The notes beneath the pieces are model-generated. The model was given only the letters and a program-made list of their open reading frames with translations. It made no database searches and had not been told where the DNA came from. Position numbers and translations under genes: made by a program. Positions 1 through 8,570 of a stretch of DNA of 20,000 nucleotides are shown here, one piece after another; position 1 is the first letter of the stretch; each line of letters starts with the position of its first letter. The DNA lies in IMG/VR virus record IMGVR_UViG_3300027026_000009. One strand, given 5' to 3'. This DNA is from an uncultured virus (IMG/VR IMGVR_UViG_3300027026_000009) (lineage: Duplodnaviria > Heunggongvirae > Uroviricota > Caudoviricetes).

Positions 1-549
1 TACTTGACAACTCTTGCTAACCTCAAAGCTACCTTTCTGCTGTTTTCTTACTTCTCTTTCGCCTTGTGGTGTATTATAGTAGAAAATCTTTCTACCGTTT
101 TCCAGTTTGGTTCTAACAAGCTTATCATTAACAACTATTTTCCGTTCTTCATCAAAATACTCCGTTAATCTGTAAAGACCTTTACTTGCTAACCCAAAGC
201 TAAAAACACCTCTCGGAATACTACTGAATTTTAATCTGCTTTGTTCAAAATCACCACCTAAATCAATATCTGCTTCAACTTGTCTTTTTATACCTAAAGC
301 ATCATCTAAAAGTTGTTGGTCTTGAAACCTAGATAAGTTTTCATAACTAGACCACTCATTAAATTCATTTATATTGTCACTAGCACCGTCATACCCACCG
401 AACCGATCACGCATAGCTAAATCTAAATATTGCTGTTCAGTGTAAAACTTATTTGTATTAGGCAAGTCTTTATTGTCCTCATACAATTCCCTAGCCGAAT
501 CAAATAAGCTGAAGTCAAAATTTCTTGCAATTTCTTCAAGTATAGTCAT
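1..549 (-). CDS. Partial CDS running off the window; probable partner (possibly vWA-type) of the adjacent MoxR-type ATPase
   Basis: Not in the ORF track. Hand translation from ATG at 549 is open for 183 codons to base 1 (MTILEEIARNFDFSLFDSARELY...IDLGGDFEQSRLKFSSIPRGVFSFGLASKGLYR...). Start overlaps the ATPase stop (TAATG). Partner role inferred from context only; no MIDAS motif in the visible part. Confidence 0.8.
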   Translation of the reverse strand, partial: MTILEEIARNFDFSLFDSARELYEDNKDLPNTNKFYTEQQYLDLAMRDRFGGYDGASDNINEFNEWSSYENLSRFQDQQLLDDALGIKRQVEADIDLGGDFEQSRLKFSSIPRGVFSFGLASKGLYRLTEYFDEERKIVVNDKLVRTKLENGRKIFYYNTPQGEREVRKQQKGSFEVSKSCQV

Positions 550-1880
550 TACAATTCAAGGGCTTGTTTTGCTTTTTGTTTTCTTTCCGCTTCTTCAATT
601 ATAGCTTCGGCAAGTGCTGTCTCTTTAGCTGTCGCTTTTTTGAGTTCGGTTACACTAGCTTCTTGTTTCTTTTCGGCAGTTGCTAAAAAGTCATCGTATT
701 CCTTTTGCATACTTTTGATTAAACCGTCTCTTTGTTCTTCACTAAATAAGCTTAAAAAAGAAGCAGTCGCATCTGCTAAAGTTTTAGGCTTAATAATTTT
801 TCTGGTCTGTCTGTTTTCAATATAGGCATTAAAAGTGTCACGATAAGAAACCATTAACCTCGTAGATACAAAAGCAACGCCATTTAAGTTTGCTTCATTT
901 ATCTTTTGTCGTAAGACGGCTAGGAAATTAAAGACAAATGTTAGATTGTATTTGAATTTTGATAAAAGTTCGTATTCAAATCTATAATTGTAAGTAACCC
1001 TATAACAGCTACCCGCAAACCTATCTTGTAACGAGAGGTCTTGCTTAAAGTTGGCTTCATAGTCTTTATTAGCTTCGTTCAATAAACTGTTACCAGTTGC
1101 TATAACGTAAAGATTCTTTAATTCAAATTGTTCGCCACGACCATTTGTAATTCTGGGTTTGTATTTTTTCTTTTCGCCAGTAGCACAATTTGTACCGTCT
1201 TTGTCACCATCTTTAATTTTTGAGAGTGCATCATTTAAAAGACCCGCAGTATTAGGGTCTAGCTTAGGTAATTCATCTAATAAAAGTAATGCACCGTCAT
1301 AAGGTTTACAATCTTTGTTCTCACCTAAATTTAGGTTTGCCCAAGCTTCAATTAAACGCCCTTCTTGATAGCCTTCAATGGTCTGTCCGCCAATAATGTC
1401 GGTTGGTGATGTAAATTGATTACAGTTTAGCGTTATCAATTTATAATTAATAGCATCAGCTATTTGACCCGCCATGTAAGTTTTACCAGTTCCCGCTTCA
1501 CCATAGAGATAGGAATTTAACCTTGCTTTTTGGTCGGACAAAAGAACAAAGAACAATCGCCTTTTATCTTTAAAAGTGCCACTGTAAACTACTTCATCAT
1601 CCCTAGTAATGTCATAGGTTACATTTTCGCTTGCGCTTGATAGGTTTAAAGACTTTATGCGTTCATCTATAAGTTTGTTAACTTCTGTCTTATTAACACC
1701 GCCAGAATCAACCTTTTTTGCTTCTTCTATTAGCTTGTTAACATCGTTAATCAACTCACTGAAATCGGCAGATTTTGACACAGCTTTTGCTTCGTCTCTT
1801 TGCCTTAATAGTTCAATCGCCTTTTGTCGAATACCTTCTGATGGGCTTTGCGTCAGTTTTATTAAATCTTCTCTAGTCAT
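549..1880 (-). CDS. MoxR/CobS-like (AAA_5, dynein-related) AAA+ ATPase, 443 aa
   Basis: Walker A GEAGTGKT, Walker B LLLLDE, pre-B 'DIIGG', sensor-1 'IATGN', Arg finger 'QDLSLQDRF', sensor-2-like 'VSTR'; helical N-terminal extension. Confidence 0.93.
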   Translation of the reverse strand: MTREDLIKLTQSPSEGIRQKAIELLRQRDEAKAVSKSADFSELINDVNKLIEEAKKVDSGGVNKTEVNKLIDERIKSLNLSSASENVTYDITRDDEVVYSGTFKDKRRLFFVLLSDQKARLNSYLYGEAGTGKTYMAGQIADAINYKLITLNCNQFTSPTDIIGGQTIEGYQEGRLIEAWANLNLGENKDCKPYDGALLLLDELPKLDPNTAGLLNDALSKIKDGDKDGTNCATGEKKKYKPRITNGRGEQFELKNLYVIATGNSLLNEANKDYEANFKQDLSLQDRFAGSCYRVTYNYRFEYELLSKFKYNLTFVFNFLAVLRQKINEANLNGVAFVSTRLMVSYRDTFNAYIENRQTRKIIKPKTLADATASFLSLFSEEQRDGLIKSMQKEYDDFLATAEKKQEASVTELKKATAKETALAEAIIEEAERKQKAKQALEL

Positions 1881-3291
1881 AATCTTCTATTATAAGTTCT
1901 GGGTCGTTTAGCACCTCGGTTAAATCAAAATTATTGTCGTTTTGACTGAAGCCGTCTTGATTTATTAAATAAGTGTCGATATTTTCTTCTATATTTTCTT
2001 CTAAAATGTCAAACCTATCATTGAGTGCTTGTTTTTCTAAATTTTCTTCTATTTGGTTAAAAGTATTCAAAAAGTTTTTAGGATCTGAATTTGAATCTCT
2101 TAATGGTCTTGCTTTGATAGTGTTTGGTTTAGTGTCTAGCTTAAAGGTGACTTCAACTATGTTATTTATTATTTCAATTTTTACAATGTCTTTTTTTGAT
2201 AAAAACAAATCTGGAATTACATCTTGAACTCTGTCATAAGACGACTTTAAGATATTGTTCCATATTCTTTGAACAATTAATTTGTTACGTTTGGTAACAT
2301 CATCTGTACCTTGACCGACTTGTTTCATTACAGTTTCCATAAATTTTTGTGAATCACGATTTACCCAAAAAGGTAACTCATATTCGATAGTAGCGTCACC
2401 AAATTGAATAGCCCTTTGCATTATATTTTCTTGCGTTTCCAAAAAGTCAATGTACGCTTCAAAATTGTCACCAGTATCTAAATCTTTAAGCCTTTGTGCT
2501 TGCGATTTTACAATTGCAATTTGACGTTCTAAACTGTCATTTTGTTCATTGTTTTGGTTTTCACTTTCGCCCTCACCTTCGCCATCACCTTCAGCTTGAC
2601 CTTCGCCATCGCCTTCGCCTTGACCTTCACCATCGCCTTCGCCTTGATCCTCACCTTCACCCTCGCCTTGACCTTCGCCTTCATCCTCACCTTCACCTTG
2701 ACCTTCGCCTTCATCCTCACCTTCACCTTGACCTTCACCATCGCCTTCGCCTTCGCCTTGACCTTCACCCTCACCTTCGCCTTCGCCTTGACCTTCACCA
2801 TCGCCTTCGCCTTCGCCTTGACCTTCGCCCTCGCCAATTTCATCATTGTCTGGGTCTTGCGATGAAGGACTACTACCAAATAAGTCATCTGCGTTCATGT
2901 CGCCATCAACGTTTTCCATTGCATTTGCTATCGCATCCTCGATTTCGTCTGGATTACCTTCAATTTCTGCTATCCCGCTATCAATATCACCAAACAGTTC
3001 ATTGTCGGCATCTATTTCGCCAATCGCTTCGGTATCTATGCCAGAGAAATCATTTTCAACCTTGTCAACCCTTTCAAATCTGTTATACATACCTAAAAGC
3101 CTTTTTCGGCTTTCTACCGTTTCTTCAATATCTGCATCTTCATCTAGGTCAAATATTTTGTCTATTTCGGCACTGGTTAAATCCCTTACCTTATCCTTAA
3201 ACTGACTTTCAGTAACAAGGTAGCTTTTAAAATCTGCATCAACTCCGCCAGTGACACTTAAAAATCTCTCTAAAATTTCTTTATCTGTCAT
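1873..3291 (-). CDS. Highly acidic protein with a 90-aa Gly-Glu repeat linker, 472 aa
   Basis: Long ORF overlapping both neighbours (11 and 8 bp); D/E-rich throughout; central GEGEGQGEGEGD-type tract. Confidence 0.88.
   Translation of the reverse strand: MTDKEILERFLSVTGGVDADFKSYLVTESQFKDKVRDLTSAEIDKIFDLDEDADIEETVESRKRLLGMYNRFERVDKVENDFSGIDTEAIGEIDADNELFGDIDSGIAEIEGNPDEIEDAIANAMENVDGDMNADDLFGSSPSSQDPDNDEIGEGEGQGEGEGDGEGQGEGEGEGEGQGEGEGDGEGQGEGEDEGEGQGEGEDEGEGQGEGEGEDQGEGDGEGQGEGDGEGQAEGDGEGEGESENQNNEQNDSLERQIAIVKSQAQRLKDLDTGDNFEAYIDFLETQENIMQRAIQFGDATIEYELPFWVNRDSQKFMETVMKQVGQGTDDVTKRNKLIVQRIWNNILKSSYDRVQDVIPDLFLSKKDIVKIEIINNIVEVTFKLDTKPNTIKARPLRDSNSDPKNFLNTFNQIEENLEKQALNDRFDILEENIEENIDTYLINQDGFSQNDNNFDLTEVLNDPELIIEDYD
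2566..2835 (-). repeat. Intragenic tandem repeat (6-nt core, 30-nt higher-order unit) encoding (GE/GD/GQ)n
   Basis: 2671-2700 is identical to 2701-2730; 2731-2760 is identical to 2791-2820. Confidence 0.95.
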
Positions 3292-6200
3292 GTTGATTAG
3301 TTTTTAATTTACCACCAAGTTCAAACCTAAAGTCATCTAGTATAGGATTAAACATTGTTGCATTTTTTAACTTAACTTGATTACTGTTAAAAATTGCACA
3401 AGCCTTGGTAATGTTTTCTTTACCATTAATTATGTCGCTAGGGTTGTTTTCCATATAAAAATAGCCATCATATTGGGTGTTTAGGCGTATGTGTCTATTA
3501 AGTTTTGGATATTGCCTTATAAGTTGCCAAGCACGTATTTTAAATTTAGTCATGTTTCCTTCAAGAATAGGTGCTTTGATTTTGCTCGGTAGGAAATCAT
3601 AAATGTTTGACGATGGATAAAATGTAGCAATATATCTTACGATTTCAGCAAAATCATATTGGTCGGTCTTAAAAGGTGTAAGATCAATAGGGTTCTTTAT
3701 GTCCACAAAGGTTTCCATAAGATATTTGCCTTCAGCATTAGGGCTTTGGGCGTTTTGAGCAAACCATAAGGCGTAACTTCTATTTTCGGCTAGATAAAAA
3801 ACACCGTTTGAGGTTTGTCTATAACTGTACTTTCGTCTCGCTGATCCGTTATAATAAATCTGTGGCATACCGTTTTTATCGACCGCTTTTGAAACACCTT
3901 CATTATTTCCTTTTTTTATTGCACGTTCCCAATCACCAAACCACTTTTTAAATTTTTCAGTATAAATAACATCTTTGTCAAAAACATTATTACCGATAAC
4001 TTGTACTCCGTCCTTTTCTTCATAAACTTCGCCTTTATGCAATCGTTCAAGAATACGGTAGATAACCCCTATTTCACCGCCTTGTTGGGTAAAGTAAATC
4101 TTATATTTTTGTTGTTGAAGTTCTTTTAACTCATTTAGTAAATCCAGTCTCAACGACCCTTCGTATTCTATTGGATCAAGCTGAAGTTGTATCTGTTTTT
4201 CTGCAATCAGTTCATTTATAAATTTAAGTGTGAGTTCATACTCATTCTTACTTAATTTAAAGGATTCTGACATGGCGTTATTTATGTTAACCAACGCTTC
4301 GTTTGTTATTGTTGAATATGCGCTATCCTCGGCATCTGAATTAAATTCAATCGGTCTTGGGTCACTTTTTATATAAAAATCTTTCTCGACATCAATTTCA
4401 TCATCTGTTATAGTTACCTTTCTGTCTGAAGTAAGATCTTCTAGCGTATATTCATTGCCTTTCCAACTTGACTTTATAATGCTTTTAACTTTGTAAGTTT
4501 TATAAACGTTATCTACTGGTATGTACTCATAAAAAAGGTCATTTGCTTCCAGTCTATATTTAATACCGAAGTCCACCCAACTGTCAACATTATAAACTTT
4601 ACCACTGTCCAGTTCCATTTTTAAAACATTGTTCTGGAAGTAAACACGCTCAACTTTATCATCACCGCCAGCAAATTTTATTGTGTCATATTTTTTGGGT
4701 ACAACCTTAGAAGGCATTAATTGATACGGCTGACCTTTTGTAAAATTTCTAGGCGAACCGTTCACCAAATTAATTCCATCCCATGATCCGTCATTCTTGA
4801 CATTAGTTACTTTGTATATTCTAGCACCTATTCTTACAACCTCAAACTGTTTAGGAGTATCTGTCTTTTGTGGTTCACTATTTGTTTCAGTTTCATTATT
4901 GTTTATGGTTTCATAATTAAGCGGTCTTAGAATCATAAAATCGTTACTGGCTCTATTCCAAGGTTGGCTGTTTGAAAAAGTTTCAGTTGAGTTTCCAGAT
5001 TGAGCAGTAATTTCGACCGTTGTAGTTCTAGGCGTATTACCACTAAATTTTACGTCTGTTATATTCCATAGATTTATAGTGCTGTATTCATAGCCGTTAC
5101 GTTTCGCTAATAAAGCACCTCTTTTGATTAATGGTAAAACATATCTTACCCTACGTCCGTTTGTTTTAAAAGCATCGCCATCTTTTGCTCTTACGGTATA
5201 TATAAACTCACCATTGATACGTTCAACTTTTTCAACTTTTAATTGTGTTTCATCTGTATCTAAAATTATAGTGTCGTTTTTTCTTATTAGTTGTTGGTCT
5301 AATAAAGAAAAATTAGAAACCTCTTGCCAAAGCTTTAATTGCCCACTGACAATGTTAACAAAAAATACTTTATCGCTCGATGTCTTAAAAACACGCCAAA
5401 TATTTACTGTATCATTATCTAAAAAATAAATTTGCCCAATCGTAAAGTCTTTTTCATAAACTGTACTTATATCTTTAAATACTTCATTTGTTTCTTCCGT
5501 ATTTTGTGATTGTTCTGAAGTTGATGTTAAATTGTTTGAAACTAAACTATCGGGTGCAACGGTATAATTTGGGTGATTTTTGAAAATATATTTTCTCTGT
5601 TCTGGTTTTATTTTAAGATAGTTTCCTTTTAAGAATTTTTCCCAATTAACCAGATTAGCCCAATAGCTTTTCTTTATGTACTTAAAAAACCTATCAACCT
5701 TTTCGGCTTCCGACATTTGATAGTAATTGTCTATATTGATTTGTTTAGACGTATTTCTTTTTGAGCCGTCAACTGTTCTAAACCCCCAAACAACCCTTTC
5801 ATTTTCCACATATATATAAGCGACCCTTCTTGGTTCGGTCAGTTCGTCAAGCTTTATAATTAAAGAGGACATAGTTTCAACAGCTTGCCTTTCGCCAAGA
5901 GAAATAAATCCCGCACACTGCAACATAGGATTAACCGTACTAAAAAGCTTTGGGTACTTTTCCATGGTTTCATTTGCTGTTGTGCTTAAAACGGATGTAA
6001 CGTCAATACACCAAAACCAATCTGACGGATTTGTGTCTGCTTTTATAAATTCTGTCCAGTCATAATTTTTAGCGTAAGGGATGGTTTTTATAATAGTTTT
6101 TAAAAAAAACGACAATCCATTATTAACACTTCCAACTGGATTATAGAGTAAAAGTGCATCGTAATTCCAATTACCGCTAATGTTATTCCATGAAATTACG

Positions 6201-6901
6201 ACCGCTTTTTCTGCATTTACAGCAGTCCTCATTTCCATTTTATTGAAATTGTTACTTCTAATGGTTCTAAAAAATGCTAAAAACTCTTTATAGCTATTTA
6301 TTTTAATGCTTATTTTTTCATTTTCAAAAACCATGTATTGAACCTTTGGATGGTAGCTTTGAAAAAGGTCTGCCACACCATCTTCGTTGTCTCGTATGAT
6401 TTCATCAAGACGTGCGATAGGGTCATTCAATACTCCACCATCCGCAAAAGTAATGGTGTTTTTCTCATCTTTACTGTCTGGTTTATCTTCAGTATGCTCA
6501 CACCCGCATTTGGACATTTCGTACAGTAAATGATCGGCATCTACCGTTTTGCCCCCAAACTCGTATTCGCCTTGCTCAACCTCAATTTCAAAATCCTCTG
6601 GAATTTCACCACCATCCGCAAAAGATACACCGCCACCGCTTACGTTTATTGCGCTCAATATTTCACGGTTGGTCATCATCTTGCCGTTAAAGCTTCTTTT
6701 TGTTTTGTCGCTTACAGCGTTTCTGGTTATAACAACTTCACCACCTTCCATTTCCAAGGGCTGACCAGTGCTTTTGTTTATAGCCTTAATCCCGCCAGAA
6801 GAATGTCTTTTTCCCACTAACATTCCGCCCGCAGAACCGCTTTTGTGTACTATCTTTCCTTTTAAGTCTGGATTGTCTGGATTGAAATTACCTTTGCTCA
6901 T
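3281..6901 (-). CDS. Large polyvalent-type (probably virion/injected) protein, 1206 aa, with a C-terminal ADP-ribosyltransferase-like (ART-PolyVal-like) domain
   Basis: C-terminus has the ordered motifs FKKWFGDW, SKAVDKNGMPQIYYNGS, GVFYLA, FVDIKNP, YDGY, AIFNSNQVK, FNPILDDFRF typical of that family. N-terminus has GGMLVGKRHSSGGI...EMEGGEVVI, a motif I associate with Bacteroidota phage virion proteins. Confidence 0.8.
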   Translation of the reverse strand: MSKGNFNPDNPDLKGKIVHKSGSAGGMLVGKRHSSGGIKAINKSTGQPLEMEGGEVVITRNAVSDKTKRSFNGKMMTNREILSAINVSGGGVSFADGGEIPEDFEIEVEQGEYEFGGKTVDADHLLYEMSKCGCEHTEDKPDSKDEKNTITFADGGVLNDPIARLDEIIRDNEDGVADLFQSYHPKVQYMVFENEKISIKINSYKEFLAFFRTIRSNNFNKMEMRTAVNAEKAVVISWNNISGNWNYDALLLYNPVGSVNNGLSFFLKTIIKTIPYAKNYDWTEFIKADTNPSDWFWCIDVTSVLSTTANETMEKYPKLFSTVNPMLQCAGFISLGERQAVETMSSLIIKLDELTEPRRVAYIYVENERVVWGFRTVDGSKRNTSKQINIDNYYQMSEAEKVDRFFKYIKKSYWANLVNWEKFLKGNYLKIKPEQRKYIFKNHPNYTVAPDSLVSNNLTSTSEQSQNTEETNEVFKDISTVYEKDFTIGQIYFLDNDTVNIWRVFKTSSDKVFFVNIVSGQLKLWQEVSNFSLLDQQLIRKNDTIILDTDETQLKVEKVERINGEFIYTVRAKDGDAFKTNGRRVRYVLPLIKRGALLAKRNGYEYSTINLWNITDVKFSGNTPRTTTVEITAQSGNSTETFSNSQPWNRASNDFMILRPLNYETINNNETETNSEPQKTDTPKQFEVVRIGARIYKVTNVKNDGSWDGINLVNGSPRNFTKGQPYQLMPSKVVPKKYDTIKFAGGDDKVERVYFQNNVLKMELDSGKVYNVDSWVDFGIKYRLEANDLFYEYIPVDNVYKTYKVKSIIKSSWKGNEYTLEDLTSDRKVTITDDEIDVEKDFYIKSDPRPIEFNSDAEDSAYSTITNEALVNINNAMSESFKLSKNEYELTLKFINELIAEKQIQLQLDPIEYEGSLRLDLLNELKELQQQKYKIYFTQQGGEIGVIYRILERLHKGEVYEEKDGVQVIGNNVFDKDVIYTEKFKKWFGDWERAIKKGNNEGVSKAVDKNGMPQIYYNGSARRKYSYRQTSNGVFYLAENRSYALWFAQNAQSPNAEGKYLMETFVDIKNPIDLTPFKTDQYDFAEIVRYIATFYPSSNIYDFLPSKIKAPILEGNMTKFKIRAWQLIRQYPKLNRHIRLNTQYDGYFYMENNPSDIINGKENITKACAIFNSNQVKLKNATMFNPILDDFRFELGGKLKTNQHDR

Positions 6902-6907
6902 TAGCTG

Positions 6908-6958
6908 AATTTTATCATCGCTAAATTATTAAAAATCGGATTATTACCTTTCGGTAAT
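6908..6958 (-). promoter_or_regulatory. Putative promoter/leader of the left operon
   Basis: -7-like TAATTTAG (6921-6928, minus). Motif AATTTAGCGATGATAAAATT ends 6 nt before the ATG. Small hairpin ATTACC-GAAA-GGTAAT at 6943-6958. Confidence 0.45.
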
Positions 6959-7111
6959 TGCATAAATAAGCACAATAAATCGCTATATGTGTATTTAATT
7001 GCAATTTTTCGGCTTTTTGGTGCTTAAAAATATCAAATTTTACCTATAAAATTGTGAAAACGCTAGTTTTGTTAAATAAGAATTGTCAATTCATTAAAAA
7101 ACAATATTGTT

Positions 7112-7231
7112 ATGAAAGATTTATTAGACATCAAAAGTCCTAACTTTTTAGGCGGGAACAACGTTCACAATTTAATCACTATCGGTCTTTTAACGGCTGT
7201 GGCTTGGAAATGTGGTGTGTTCAAAAAATAA
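7112..7231 (+). CDS. Small 39-aa predicted single-pass membrane peptide
   Basis: Hand translation MKDLLDIKSPNFLGGNNVHNLITIGLLTAVAWKCGVFKK*. A-rich start region (TTAAAAAACAATATTGTT-ATG); terminator 24 nt downstream. Confidence 0.7.
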   Translation: MKDLLDIKSPNFLGGNNVHNLITIGLLTAVAWKCGVFKK

Positions 7232-7254
7232 GCATTTGCTTTGAAAGAGAAAAT

Positions 7255-7288
7255 AAAAAAGGCTACCAGATCGGTAGCCATTTTTTTT
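7255..7288. terminator. Bidirectional intrinsic terminator
   Basis: A6-GGCTACC-agatc-GGTAGCC-a-T8 between convergent ORFs 7112-7231 (+) and 7304-7576 (-). Confidence 0.9.
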
Positions 7289-7303
7289 GGAGGAATTTTA
7301 CAT

Positions 7304-7576
7304 TTAAGACTTAGGTAATAAGCCAAAACGTTTAACGGTGATTGCAAGATCGCCTTTTGCGTAACCTACATAACCGTCTTTACTAATATACATAAAATAA
7401 TTTACCGAATTTGGTCTTTGCTCATTTTGCAAGGTTATTTTTATTTTCTCGTTCGGCTTGCCTTTGCGCACAAGTCGTTTTGACTTGACTTTAAGCACCA
7501 CTTCGTTTCCTTTCGCCATTGCACTATCAAAAAGTATTTTCACTCGGTCGTTGCGTTTTAAATTTTCTACTTTCAT
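7304..7576 (-). CDS. Hypothetical basic protein, 90 aa (possible SH3/KOW-like barrel)
   Basis: ATGA overlap with the upstream gene; 'VENLKRNDRVKI' start; ends just before a terminator. Confidence 0.8.
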   Translation of the reverse strand: MKVENLKRNDRVKILFDSAMAKGNEVVLKVKSKRLVRKGKPNEKIKITLQNEQRPNSVNYFMYISKDGYVGYAKGDLAITVKRFGLLPKS

Positions 7577-7767
7577 GCTCTCTTAATGATTTTGACGATT
7601 TTTCTGTCAGTTTCGCTTAAAGCGTTCATCCATTCTTCTGTAACTTCTGAAATGTGAACCGCTTCGCTAATATCAGCACTTGCGCTTCCGTCTGCGGATA
7701 ATGGGTAAGTATTGCCACAGCAAGGGCAAATTGAACATCCTACGCTTTCTAATTTAATTAGGTTCAT
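7573..7767 (-). CDS. Hypothetical protein, ~64 aa, Cys cluster (CSICPCC)
   Basis: 3' part of track ORF 7573-7854. ATG at 7767 preferred because it follows the upstream stop (7770) by 2 nt. Confidence 0.7.
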   Translation of the reverse strand: MNLIKLESVGCSICPCCGNTYPLSADGSASADISEAVHISEVTEEWMNALSETDRKIVKIIKRA

Positions 7768-7769
7768 AA

Positions 7770-8009
7770 CTATATCTTTTGGTTTGTTATTTGTTCTAAA
7801 ACAACATGAAGGTCTGCGCCCGCATTTACTGGGTGGCTTGACCCGCTTTCCCACTCGCTAGTGGTCATGTTCCATGTCTTGATGAAATAATCCTTGGAAA
7901 GATTATAATATCGATGGACTAGCATAAATAGATTGCTTGCTACAATGTGTTCGACAAAATAATCATTTGTCTTTAGGTTAATTCCATCAATTATTAAACA
8001 AATTGCCAT
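7770..8009 (-). CDS. Hypothetical protein, 79 aa
   Basis: Fills the gap between co-oriented genes; A-rich start region. Confidence 0.65.
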   Translation of the reverse strand: MAICLIIDGINLKTNDYFVEHIVASNLFMLVHRYYNLSKDYFIKTWNMTTSEWESGSSHPVNAGADLHVVLEQITNQKI

Positions 8010-8021
8010 ATCTAATTTTTT

Positions 8022-8405
8022 TTAAAGGTCAAAGATTGAAACTGCGCCACTGTTATTTGACTTGATAAATGACTTACCTACCGCTTCACCCGCAGTGGAC
8101 ATTATTTGGCTCTTAATCACTTTCCAGTCATCTTCGGCAAACTCAACTTCAGTAAGCTTGTCAATTTGTAGGTGAAGGAAGTAAGCACCGCCACTATGAG
8201 GTCGTGACATTTTGCCTTTGCCATTAACATCAATCCTAGCAATTCTAGTGCTACTTTGAATAGTGATGTTTTTGGCATCTTCGTCAATAGGATAAACAAT
8301 GAAGTCTTGGGGCTTTCTCATTCCTTGGGCTTTCATTTCAATAGAAATTGTACCCATGATGTTTTTCTTAATACTTAAAACTTGAACTGGTTGCATAACT
8401 AACAT
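8022..8405 (-). CDS. Hypothetical phage protein, 124-127 aa (alternative start 8396)
   Basis: First gene after a consensus promoter; plausible globular sequence (MRKPQDFIVYP...IQSSTRIARI...HSGGAYFLHL). Confidence 0.85.
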   Translation of the reverse strand: MLVMQPVQVLSIKKNIMGTISIEMKAQGMRKPQDFIVYPIDEDAKNITIQSSTRIARIDVNGKGKMSRPHSGGAYFLHLQIDKLTEVEFAEDDWKVIKSQIMSTAGEAVGKSFIKSNNSGAVSIFDL

Positions 8406-8458
8406 TTTTGATTACAGAACAAATGTAAGCTTTAAGTACGACTTATCCAAATAAAATT
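8394..8458 (-). promoter_or_regulatory. Bacteroidota primary-sigma promoter cassette, copy A
   Basis: Minus strand TTTG-N20-TACATTTG, an exact -33/-7 consensus. 23-nt and 11-nt blocks are identical to 18399-18463 with the same spacing. Confidence 0.88.
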
Positions 8459-8483
8459 TATTTTTTTTTCGTACATTAGCCGT

Positions 8484-8556
8484 GTTGTAACTTATAGGGT
8501 ATAACGTATCATGGTTGGTTAAACAAAAGAGGAAGCTTTCGGGCTTCCTTTTTTTT
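8484..8556 (+). ncRNA. Candidate small RNA (~70 nt), unit E
   Basis: -7-like TACATTAG at 8472-8479, ORF-less body, then a plus-oriented terminator with no plus-strand gene upstream. Body contains CAT-GGTTGGTTAAAC (antisense to GTTTAACCAACC-ATG). Confidence 0.55.
8530..8556 (+). terminator. Intrinsic terminator, plus-oriented
   Basis: GGAAGCT-TTCG-GGCTTCC followed by T8; the U-G closing pair and UUCG loop form only in plus-strand RNA. Confidence 0.88.
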
Positions 8557-8570
8557 GTCAATTTAAAAAG

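Noticed and set aside
549..1880. Naming the ATPase cobS (cobalamin synthesis)
   Set aside because: Family-level similarity only; no cobalamin genes nearby and the context is phage.
2496..3205. ORFs 2496-3200 (+), 2529-2888 (-), 2542-2865 (+), 2846-3205 (+) with His/Leu/Arg, Lys/Ala/Val or Phe/Thr/Ala repeats
   Set aside because: Shadow frames of the stop-free Gly-Glu repeat inside 1873-3291.
640..6820. Short plus-strand ORFs (640, 1657, 1973, 5124, 6338, 6530, 6549)
   Set aside because: Antisense to long motif-bearing genes; Ser/Phe/Leu-rich composition typical of shadows.
7165..7347. 60-aa minus ORF
   Set aside because: Crosses a bidirectional terminator and is antisense to the better-supported 39-aa plus ORF.
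7768..7854. N-terminal extension of ORF 7573-7854
   Set aside because: Lies inside 7770-8009; ATG 7767 fits operon packing better.
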